A DNA stretch of 32,000 bases, taken from NCBI RefSeq assembly GCF_000092465.1, contig NC_014205.1, positions 840,001 to 872,000 of the forward strand, written 5' to 3'. The notes beneath the pieces were generated by a model that made no database searches, had not been told where the DNA came from, and was given only the letters and a program-made list of their open reading frames with translations. Made by a program: the position numbers and the translations under genes. The DNA comes from Staphylothermus hellenicus DSM 12710 (GTDB lineage: Archaea; Thermoproteota; Thermoprotei_A; Sulfolobales; Desulfurococcaceae). Positions 9,404-17,463 of the stretch are shown here, piece after piece (position 1 is the stretch's first letter; the number at the start of each line of letters is the position of its first letter).

Positions 9404-9812
9404 GAGATTCTTGTAAAGGATGCAGAGTTGATAGAAACCAGGCTTAAATACTATAAGCTTAGCAATGGAGAGAAAGAGAAGATACTTGATAGTTTGAGGA
9501 GAGAGCTTGAAGAATTCAACGATACAGTCTTCGCCTATATTCATGGAGGTTTTGTAGAGAAAAGTTTTCAGGAATATAGATGTAGCTATATGGATTAGGG
9601 ATCCAAGGAAAGCATGGTATTATGAAGTAGATGCTTCAGCAAAGCTCGAAGTTAAGTTCAGAATATCAATAGACATACATGTTCTAAACAATGCCCCACT
9701 ACCATTCAGAGGAGCTAGCATGTTTAGAACCGTTTACAGGCTAGGTGTAAAGCTGGCTGAGAGGCTGGGACTTTATGAGACAAGAGTTAATAAGTACTTG
9801 GAAGGCTATTAA
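9404..9812 (+). pseudogene. Decayed minimal nucleotidyltransferase (MNT / Pol-beta-like NTase) gene
   Basis: Frame 1 reads ...LRRELEEFNDTVFAYIHGGFVEK. After a +1 shift in the A-run GAGAAAAG (about 9557-9564), the next frame reads KVFRNIDVAIWIRDP...ISIDIHVLNNAPLPF..., the G[GS]-x(n)-D-x-D plus LN-x-APL pattern of archaeal MNT proteins. There is no usable start codon, and stops lie upstream. Confidence 0.6.
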
Positions 9813-10380
9813 GCCATACATTGATGGTGCAAACACTCTACTGGATCTAGGGAGTGGTAGGGGGGCGTTTGCCGAGAAGCTATATAGTAAGGCAAGACAT
9901 GTAATAGCACTAGACATAGACTATGAAGCCCTTAGCCACATAGATAAACCATTCATCATGAAACTGTGCGCAGATGCACAAAATATACCGTTAAGAGACG
10001 AGAGCGTAGACGTAGTAATTGCTATAAGCCTAATCGAACATCTACAAGACCCTATAAAATGCCTGCATGAGGCAAGCAGAGTGCTTAAAGAGGGAGGATA
10101 CCTAATTATACAACTACCAAATCTCCAATACTACGTGGAGCCACATACAAAGTTCCCGCTTTTCATACTACCATATAGATTCAAAGAACTTATTAGAAAA
10201 AGACTAGGTTACGCATACATAAATTTCAATGTAACCCTTAAATACATCCTAAACCATACTCCAAAAGAGCTAGAACTTATAAGAAAAATGGATGTATATC
10301 ATAAAATCAAAACACCTCCTTGGCCACCAGCTTGGATTCTCATATACAAGAAGACGAATCAACAACAGTATGACAGTTAA
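9775..10380 (+). CDS. Class I SAM-dependent methyltransferase (Methyltransf_11-like)
   Basis: Motif I LLDLGSGRGAFA, followed by VIALDID, VDVVIAISLIEHL and VLKEGGYLII. Confidence 0.88.
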   Translation: MRQELISTWKAIKPYIDGANTLLDLGSGRGAFAEKLYSKARHVIALDIDYEALSHIDKPFIMKLCADAQNIPLRDESVDVVIAISLIEHLQDPIKCLHEASRVLKEGGYLIIQLPNLQYYVEPHTKFPLFILPYRFKELIRKRLGYAYINFNVTLKYILNHTPKELELIRKMDVYHKIKTPPWPPAWILIYKKTNQQQYDS

Positions 10381-10436
10381 TCATAATGCAGAGATACGCC
10401 ATCAACAAAAATACAGCTCTAACAGTGAGATCCAAC

Positions 10437-10444
10437 TATAAAAT
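10437..10444 (+). promoter_or_regulatory. TATA-like box upstream of the GT2 gene
   Basis: TATAAAAT lies about 28 nt upstream of the TTG start at 10469. Confidence 0.3.
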
Positions 10445-10468
10445 ATCTATGTTTAACCGTACACAGTC

Positions 10469-11590
10469 TTGACGAACATTATTCCCTCTCTAGAAATCAT
10501 AGCATTAATCCTCACACTAATCCACTTCGGGATACCACTAGCATACTACGTGTATCTAAAGAAGAAGTGGCTGCCGAAGCCTTGGAACCTGAAAATAAAC
10601 CCCAAATATACGCCGAGGATAACAGTTATTGTGCCAACATATAATGAAGCAAAGTTGATCATAGAGAAACTAAACAATATCTACATGCAGGATTATCCAA
10701 AGGATAAGCTGGAGGTATTAGTTGTAGACTCAGCAAGCACCGATGGAACACCGAGGCTTGTAGAGGACTGGGCAAGAAAACACACTAATTTTAGAGTTAT
10801 GCTTGTGAAAGAGCCTAGTAGGAGGGGTATGGCGCATGCCTTATGGACAGGATTTAAACATGCAAAAGGAGACATCATAATTGTGACAGATGCTGATGCT
10901 ATATGGACAAAGCATGATATATTAAGAGAAATAGTAAAATGGCTATCATGTGAAGATGTTGGTGCCATCTCATGTATTAAAGAGCCTTTAGGCGGTGAGT
11001 CCCTAGAGTACAAATATCGGCAATACTATAATATTCTAAGGATTGCTGAGAGTAAGGCTTGGTCTACACCTATATTCCATGGTGAACTTTCAGCCTTTAA
11101 GAAAAAACTTCTTAAGAGAATAGGTGGATTTCCATTGGGAGTGGGTTCTGCTGAAAGTTTAGCGGCTATGAAGATAGCGGCACTAGGCTATAGGGCAATA
11201 ATTTCAGATAATGTGGTAGTGCAGGAGATTATTCCCAGAAGAGAATATACGAAGTGGAGGATTAGGAGGGCACAACACCTCATAATACACCTAATCAAGA
11301 CCCTTAGTTATATAAGGAACTATAACAACATGTTAAAAGTAATTGTATTGGTGGAAGCATATCTACATATAATCAACCCATGGATACTTCTATTATGTAC
11401 AATAGTCCTACTCTATTGCACACTAATTCTACATAGCATCCTAGCAGGGAGCCTTATAATATTAGGGTTAGCTCTGCTGGCACAAAGAGCTTATCATGCA
11501 TGGATTATCAGTCAGCTTTTCCTTTTACTAGCTCAAATTAAAAATTTATGGAATAAAGAGCTAGTATGGAAAAAGCAAGAGAAGGTGTAA
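10469..11590 (+). CDS. Membrane-embedded GT2 glycosyltransferase (synthase-like; TM helices flank the catalytic domain)
   Basis: Motifs ITVIVPTYNEAKLI, VVDSASTDGT, VTDADAIW (DxD) and KWRIRRAQH (QxxRW-like). One N-terminal and several C-terminal TM helices. Confidence 0.88.
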   Translation: MTNIIPSLEIIALILTLIHFGIPLAYYVYLKKKWLPKPWNLKINPKYTPRITVIVPTYNEAKLIIEKLNNIYMQDYPKDKLEVLVVDSASTDGTPRLVEDWARKHTNFRVMLVKEPSRRGMAHALWTGFKHAKGDIIIVTDADAIWTKHDILREIVKWLSCEDVGAISCIKEPLGGESLEYKYRQYYNILRIAESKAWSTPIFHGELSAFKKKLLKRIGGFPLGVGSAESLAAMKIAALGYRAIISDNVVVQEIIPRREYTKWRIRRAQHLIIHLIKTLSYIRNYNNMLKVIVLVEAYLHIINPWILLLCTIVLLYCTLILHSILAGSLIILGLALLAQRAYHAWIISQLFLLLAQIKNLWNKELVWKKQEKV

Positions 11591-11687
11591 GAGGTTACGC
11601 CCGCCAAATTAACGCTTATAACGGGGGAGCAGGTTTTATAGACAGTCATTTCGTAGACTGTCTTGTAGAGAACGGAGGGTATGTCAA

Positions 11688-11918
11688 GTGAGAATTCTCT
11701 ACGTAGCCCCCAGATACCATCCACACATTGGTGGCGTGGAGTATGTAGTAAAATTTATTGCAGAGAGTTTAGCTAGACATGGACACGATGTCACAGTATT
11801 AGCTGGAGAGCCTAATATAGAGTCTCCTAAAGAAGATATAGTTAATGGTATTCATGTAATCAGATGGCCTACATGGGATGAAGTTGCTGAACTCTATGTT
11901 GAAAAACTATATACCTAG
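11688..11918 (+). pseudogene. GT4 glycosyltransferase mini-gene (76 aa): N-terminus joined to a C-terminal-like tail
   Basis: The first 21 aa (MRILYVAPRYHPHIGGVEYVV) are identical to the intact GT4 at 13312, and similarity continues to ...VIRWPT. The ORF then ends with WDEVAELYVEKLYT*, which resembles a GT4 C-terminus (compare PWNATALKIKQIYE* in the intact copy). The whole catalytic core is missing. Confidence 0.7.
11703..11734 (+). repeat. 32-nt exact direct repeat, copy 1 (shared 5' end of the paralogous GT4 genes)
   Basis: GTAGCCCCCAGATACCATCCACACATTGGTGG is identical to 13327-13358. Confidence 0.85.
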
Positions 11919-12878
11919 ATGGTGATTATCGTGGAGAGGAGAGCATTAGTTACAGGCGGTGCAGGCTTTATTGGTAGCCATCTAGTCGATAGGCTACTTA
12001 AGAATGGGTGGATTGTAAGAGTCGTAGATAATTTCAGCTCAGGTAGATACAGCAACCTAGCTCACCATAAAGGTGATTCTAGGCTAGAAATACTTAGGGG
12101 AGATCTCAAGGATGCCGAGACATGCATGAGAGCTGTAGATGGGGTTGACGTTGTTTTCCACTACGCTGCTAACCCCGAGGTTCGTGTAAGCACAACGAAT
12201 CCCGACATACATTTTAATGAGAACGTGGTGGCTACATTCAATCTCCTAGAGGCTATGAGGAAGAAGGATGTTAGGAGGTTAGTTTTCGCATCATCTAGTA
12301 GCGTCTACGGTGAGCCAGAGGAAATACCAGTAGATGAGGGTGCACCGATAAGGCCTGTATCCGTCTATGGGGCTAGTAAGGCAGCATGTGAGGCACTAAT
12401 ACATGCATACAGCAGGCTATACGGGATAAAATCCGTTGTCCTGAGATACGCTAATGTTGTAGGCCCTAGGCTTAGGCACGGCGTAATATATGATATTATA
12501 CAGAAATTAAGAATGAATCCAAGGAGGTTAGAGGTTCTAGGTGATGGAACACAGGTTAGGAGCTACATCTACATAGCGGACGCTATCGAAGCAACAATGC
12601 TAGCCTTCAAAAACGCGAATGATTACTTCAAGGTATATAATGTGGGGAACGAGGACTGGATAACAGTAGATGAGGTAGTAAACATCATCATAGAAGTGAT
12701 TGAGCTGAATAACGTGGAGATAGTGCATAAGCCTATAGCTCATGGAGTGGGATGGCCAGGCGATGTGAAGAGGATAGCATTAAGCATAGAGAAATTGAAA
12801 AGATTAGGATTCAAGCCAAAGATGGACAGCATAGAGTCTGTGAGGGAAACAGCTAGGCATGCCACAAGTGAACCCTAA
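11919..12878 (+). CDS. NAD-dependent epimerase/dehydratase (extended SDR; UDP-hexose 4-epimerase-like)
   Basis: Motifs VTGGAGFIGSHL, SSSSVYG and YGASKAACE (YxxxK). The ATG directly abuts the stop of the GT4 mini-gene (TAGATG). Confidence 0.9.
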   Translation: MVIIVERRALVTGGAGFIGSHLVDRLLKNGWIVRVVDNFSSGRYSNLAHHKGDSRLEILRGDLKDAETCMRAVDGVDVVFHYAANPEVRVSTTNPDIHFNENVVATFNLLEAMRKKDVRRLVFASSSSVYGEPEEIPVDEGAPIRPVSVYGASKAACEALIHAYSRLYGIKSVVLRYANVVGPRLRHGVIYDIIQKLRMNPRRLEVLGDGTQVRSYIYIADAIEATMLAFKNANDYFKVYNVGNEDWITVDEVVNIIIEVIELNNVEIVHKPIAHGVGWPGDVKRIALSIEKLKRLGFKPKMDSIESVRETARHATSEP

Positions 12879-13288
12879 TAATACTAAAGGGTTATAGAGC
12901 GATAATACCTGAAAACCTATGGTGCACAGAACTAGTACCCCGAGAAAACTATAGCTCATGGAGAATTAGGAGAGCACAACACCTAACCCAACACTTCATA
13001 AAAACACTACGAACAAAACACACGACACCAAACCAGTTCAAAAACATACTAGCAATAGAAACATATCTACACCTCATTAATCCATGGCTACTACCAATAG
13101 CCGTAACAGCATTAATAATATTATCGATTATAGGAAGCCCATTATCCACAACCCTACTAGCCTTAGGCATAATACTGCTAGCATACAAGCCCCATCGGAC
13201 ATGAATAACAACACAACCATACCTCGTAATAGCGATGATGAGAAACCTATACACAAAGGAAATCGCTTGGGAGAAGCAGGCTAAGTAG
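12875..13288 (+). pseudogene. C-terminal fragment of a GT2 paralogous to 10469-11590, with an in-frame TGA
   Basis: The translation LKGYRAIIPENLWCTELVPRENYSSWRIRRAQHLTQHFIKTL...YLHLINPW...AYKPHRT*ITTQ...NLYTKEIAWEKQAK* aligns with the last ~135 aa of the intact GT2 (LGYRAIISDNVVVQEIIPRREYTKWRIRRAQHLIIHLIKTL...). The TGA at 13202-13204 sits where the intact copy has Trp. The N-terminal ~235 codons are absent. Confidence 0.8.
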
Positions 13289-13311
13289 CAAATAGTTTAG
13301 CTCTAAGGCCC

Positions 13312-14343
13312 ATGAGGATTCTCTATGTAGCCCCCAGATACCATCCACACATTGGTGGTGTGGAATACGTCGTTGAGTCGCTGGCAACAAGATTTGCTAA
13401 AATGGGTCACCAAGTAACTGTGCTCTGCGGAGAGCCTGGAACCGATAAGCCCGTGGAAGAGGAATTAAACAACGTACGTGTAATAAGATGGCCTACACTT
13501 GCTCCTAATAATGCATACCATATACCGAGGCAAAAAGCAGAATTCGAAAAGATCTTAGAAGAACTAGCAAAAACACATGATGTAGCACATATCCATAGTG
13601 CTCACGCAGTGCTACCGGTACATGCAGGATTAAGGCTAAAACAATGTAATCCAAGCCTAAGACTAGTCTTTACACCACACTACCATGGAACAGGTCATAC
13701 ACTGACAAGAAGACTTCTATGGAATATTTTCTGGCGAAGCAGAGTAAACAAGTTAACCCAAACAGCAGACATAATACACTCAGTAAGCCCTTACGAGGCC
13801 CAACTACTCCAAAAACACTACCCTCATATAAGACACAAAATAATCGTGATACCAAATGGAGTAGATGAAGATGTATTGAACTATAAGTGGAAAGGCCAAA
13901 ATAGCGACTATATGATCTATGCGGGCAGAATAGAAAAGTATAAAAGACTAGAACTAGCAGTAAACCTCGCAAAGCAATTAGGCCTTAGATTAATCATACT
14001 AGGCAATGGACCGCATAAAAACAAACTCAAAGAATACGCTGAGAAATATTATCTAGGAAAAGTAGAATTCCATCCACCACAACCAAGACAAACTTATCTA
14101 AGGTTATTAGCAAGCTCTAGATATGCGGTAAATCTGAGTAAACATGAAGCTTACAGCATCTTCATAGCCGAGTCACTAGCTATAGGAGTACCAGCAATAG
14201 TAACAGAAGTAATACTAAGAACACTACAACCCAAGCCCATTAACATATTAAATCTAAATAGAGAAAAGCTCTTCATAGCACAATCGTTCAATGCTACCCC
14301 TTGGAACGCTACGGCATTGAAGATAAAGCAAATCTATGAATAA
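13312..14343 (+). CDS. GT4 glycosyltransferase
   Basis: 343-aa ORF. The N-terminus MRILYVAPRYHPHIGGVEYVV is typical of the GT4 N-domain. The C-domain shows YAGRIEKYKRLELAV and NLSKHEAYSIFIAESLAIGVPAIV (E-x7-E region). Confidence 0.85.
   Translation: MRILYVAPRYHPHIGGVEYVVESLATRFAKMGHQVTVLCGEPGTDKPVEEELNNVRVIRWPTLAPNNAYHIPRQKAEFEKILEELAKTHDVAHIHSAHAVLPVHAGLRLKQCNPSLRLVFTPHYHGTGHTLTRRLLWNIFWRSRVNKLTQTADIIHSVSPYEAQLLQKHYPHIRHKIIVIPNGVDEDVLNYKWKGQNSDYMIYAGRIEKYKRLELAVNLAKQLGLRLIILGNGPHKNKLKEYAEKYYLGKVEFHPPQPRQTYLRLLASSRYAVNLSKHEAYSIFIAESLAIGVPAIVTEVILRTLQPKPINILNLNREKLFIAQSFNATPWNATALKIKQIYE
13327..13358 (+). repeat. 32-nt exact direct repeat, copy 2
   Basis: Identical to 11703-11734. Confidence 0.85.
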
Positions 14344-14348
14344 CTACA

Positions 14349-14516
14349 ATGAGACATAGTGAGAAAATCAAAATGATTAATGGAGTGCTTCATATAAGCT
14401 ATGTACTAAATAAACCTAGGTTAGCCCGAAAGATGGGTGAAGAAGGAAGGATGCAAATACTATCTTGGAAAGATATAGCTAGGAAGACTGTAAAATTATA
14501 TCGCTTTTTATCTTGA
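14349..14516 (+). pseudogene. Orphan C-terminal fragment of a GT4 glycosyltransferase (55 codons)
   Basis: The translation ...VLNKPRLARKMGEEGRMQILSWKDIARKTVKLYRFLS* matches the generic GT4 C-terminus (..lr.kmg..gr....fsW..ia.....Y...). No upstream catalytic domain is present. It lies immediately after the complete GT4 at 13312-14343. Confidence 0.6.
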
Positions 14517-16129
14517 ACACTAACTCATTTACCTATAGGACATTAATGTTTATAGTTGTCTTCCTCCTTGTATTCACGCTTATTGTAAGCTTAAGTTCTT
14601 TACTTCTTTACCTTAATATATCTTTTAATATTATTGAAGCTTTAGTAATAGCTTCCTTAGTCACACTTATATTTTCATATAAAATAAAAAGATCTTTAGG
14701 ACTAATTGTACTATTTTTAGTAACGTTTCTCTCTCATATGTTGTCAATTTATTTATTGCTTCCTGTAGGTTTTCATGGCGACCAAAGAGTTTATTTCGTG
14801 GATGTAATTAAAAAATTTGGTAAAATACATCTTCTTGAAAAATACCGATTGGAAGGGTTATATTATATACGCTATCCCATGCCTTGGCTTGTATCCTCCT
14901 TTATCAGCATAATAACTTCTACCAGTTCTCAGATATCAGAGCTAATAACTTATGCCACCGCTTACGCATTTTTCATGATTTTTCTAATACTGATCATTAA
15001 TAGTTTGAAGGGTAAAGCAAGCTCCTTATTGAGCATTGCTTCAACAGCCACTATTTTTACTCTAACATTATATCTGAGTAGACCTTTTCAAGACCTTGTA
15101 GCCGACTCTTTTGGCTTGCTTTCTCTAGCCGTAATACTTTATTTATTCTTCCGGTTTACTGAAAGACCACCTATAGTTCTTCTCGCGCTCATAATCCCGT
15201 TGGTAATTGCTCACGGCTTAGCAGTATATATTTCAACATTTACTTTCATATTTTTAGCAATTTCTTACCTAATAGCTCATACATCAAGTAAAAAGGTAAT
15301 GAAATCCTTAGAATTCGCAATAATAATATTTATTGGCACATGGCTCTACCAAGTGGGGGTTCAGTTAATAGATATGTTTGTAAAGGAAATACCTTGTAGG
15401 TGGAATCTAATACTTAAGTCGCTATCATCACCTCTCTTCCAACGTGGTAAATCCTCAGAAATTGCAACCCAAAACCTGCACCTGGTGTACCCGCTTGACC
15501 CCCTCATCACGCCTTTGGCTTACATGCTTCCTATAGTAATTATAGTGGTCAGCTCTATGTATTTTTTATATAAATTTATGCATGGGTATGATTATAAGAG
15601 ACGTTATTATAGGGAACGTTGTATTGAAACGATGGCTTTTTCATTAATCTCCATAACTATGTTCTCTATAGCAGGCATATTCGCGTGGAAAGGGTTTGAG
15701 AATGCTATTGCACGGTATCTTTACGAGTATGCTGCCTTAATAGCAACTGTAGTCAATATAATGTTTTTATCATCTATAATAGGGCAGAAGAAGCCTTCAC
15801 CTCACAAGCAAATTAATAGATCGTTGCTTAAGTATACAAAGGTTACGGGGTTAGCAATATTGGCGATAGTAGGGGTTCTCATTGTATTTGAAAGCTTCTA
15901 TACACCTTATGCTTCTCCTCTATCTATACCAGATAAATATAAATTTGAAAGACTTTATCAGATGTACTATGGCAAAGTAATGTTTAATGCAAACTTGGCG
16001 ATTGGCGTTATTAAATATGTCTTAGAAGCCTCTCAAAGAGGAGAAGTGCAAGTAATAACAATGACCCAAGCAAAACATTATGAGACAACAATATACAATA
16101 ATGGTTTCGTGGTCACTGTAAAAAGATAG
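14513..16129 (+). CDS. Polytopic membrane protein (about 12 TM) with a C-terminal soluble domain; candidate glycan polymerase (Wzy-like) or GT-C-type transferase
   Basis: 538-aa highly hydrophobic ORF inside the glycan cluster. TTG start. I can name no diagnostic motif; the call rests on topology and context only. Confidence 0.6.
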   Translation: MNTNSFTYRTLMFIVVFLLVFTLIVSLSSLLLYLNISFNIIEALVIASLVTLIFSYKIKRSLGLIVLFLVTFLSHMLSIYLLLPVGFHGDQRVYFVDVIKKFGKIHLLEKYRLEGLYYIRYPMPWLVSSFISIITSTSSQISELITYATAYAFFMIFLILIINSLKGKASSLLSIASTATIFTLTLYLSRPFQDLVADSFGLLSLAVILYLFFRFTERPPIVLLALIIPLVIAHGLAVYISTFTFIFLAISYLIAHTSSKKVMKSLEFAIIIFIGTWLYQVGVQLIDMFVKEIPCRWNLILKSLSSPLFQRGKSSEIATQNLHLVYPLDPLITPLAYMLPIVIIVVSSMYFLYKFMHGYDYKRRYYRERCIETMAFSLISITMFSIAGIFAWKGFENAIARYLYEYAALIATVVNIMFLSSIIGQKKPSPHKQINRSLLKYTKVTGLAILAIVGVLIVFESFYTPYASPLSIPDKYKFERLYQMYYGKVMFNANLAIGVIKYVLEASQRGEVQVITMTQAKHYETTIYNNGFVVTVKR

Positions 16130-16304
16130 TGTAAGCTATAAGAAACATATTAGAAAGGCATATCAAGTTTCAACTCATTAATGGGCAGTGTTAATCTTAG
16201 TGAGCCATTCTGCTTAAACTGTTATGAAGGGTTTAATGTATCGAAACTTTAGTACAACATGAACTTTAACAACCTTAAGATTATGCAGGGATGGGGATCA
16301 GTTT

Positions 16305-17339
16305 ATGTCAAGACTTAGGCACTGTGACAACCATGAAAATGATGGAATAGCCTATATAACCTATAGTTCTAATCCTCATCCTGCTCATCAATATATGTTC
16401 AGAATTCTTAAAGGCGAACGTCTCCATTTATGGAGAAGACTTGCTCCACTAAATATAAGTTTCTTGCTTAAGCCTCGACACATAGTGTTTAGTGAGGGCT
16501 GGAGGCCCTCGATCTATGCCTGCTTTCTGAAGTCATTAGGACTGGCAAAAGTACACATTAATATCTTATTTGGGGACTTTATGAAGACGCTTATAAATAA
16601 ACCTGTGCTTAAGGATGTTGCAGGAATACTCTATCGACAGTGGGTTGACGTGGCTATAGCGAACTCCTCCTTAACATACGAGCTTGCAAGGAAAATATTG
16701 GGCTTGGATAAAGAAAAACTCTTTATATGCTGGCCTGTAAGCCTCAAGATTAACATATTTAAAAATGTAAAGCCTAAGGTAGACAGCGATATTCTTAGTG
16801 TATGCTATCTTGGATATATAACTTTAAATGATGGAGCAGACCTTCTTCCAACAATATATTCCATGCTTAAAAGGGAAGAAGAAAACACTAAGATGTACGT
16901 CATAGGCGGACCGCTAGGAAAGGAGCTCACTCTATACAAGAAGCTACTTAGATTTTCAAGGAATGAGAGTAGCTTCAGAGTCTTAGGCCCTCTCCCCGAT
17001 GAACAAGTTAAAGAGGTATTTACTAGGTGTACTTTCTTTGTCTATCCAGCTCGCTTTAAAGCTTTTGGACTACCCGTTGTTGAGGCCATGTCGGCTGGAC
17101 TAGTACCGTTGATCACGAGAAATGTGGGAGCAAGGGATTTTGTCACACTTCTCTCCTCAAAGCTTATCGTTGATCCACCAGAGAAAATGGTGAAGACGAT
17201 CTTAGAAATCTACACGCGTGGTAGAGATTACATAAGAGAGCTATCTCACAGAGGAAAACGTATAGCGCTAGGTTACGATGAGAAGAACGCGAAAAAGAGA
17301 TTTATGAGAATACTTAAAACAATCCTATCTAGGAGGTAG
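16305..17339 (+). CDS. GT4 glycosyltransferase
   Basis: C-domain motifs VCYLGYITLNDGADLL and FVYPARFKAFGLPVVEAMSAGLVPLITRNVGARDFV. Confidence 0.82.
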   Translation: MSRLRHCDNHENDGIAYITYSSNPHPAHQYMFRILKGERLHLWRRLAPLNISFLLKPRHIVFSEGWRPSIYACFLKSLGLAKVHINILFGDFMKTLINKPVLKDVAGILYRQWVDVAIANSSLTYELARKILGLDKEKLFICWPVSLKINIFKNVKPKVDSDILSVCYLGYITLNDGADLLPTIYSMLKREEENTKMYVIGGPLGKELTLYKKLLRFSRNESSFRVLGPLPDEQVKEVFTRCTFFVYPARFKAFGLPVVEAMSAGLVPLITRNVGARDFVTLLSSKLIVDPPEKMVKTILEIYTRGRDYIRELSHRGKRIALGYDEKNAKKRFMRILKTILSRR

Positions 17340-17463
17340 ATCCTCACTTGGACTACGTCACTCACAGCCATATAGGTAAAATAATCCCCTCATTAGCAAC
17401 TAATATTGTGTATGCTAACGGCTTGTCTTCAATAATAGTATTCGGCGAAGAGGCATTCTTGAA

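Noticed and set aside
9356-9544. Minus-strand 62-aa ORF
   Set aside because: It lies antisense to the recognisable, though frameshifted, nucleotidyltransferase reading frames.
12949-13284. Minus-strand 101-aa ORF (12949-13254) and plus-strand 66-aa ORF (13084-13284) in the epimerase-GT4 spacer
   Set aside because: A different plus-strand frame aligns colinearly with the C-terminus of the GT2 at 10469-11590. These two ORFs are frame shadows of that pseudogene.
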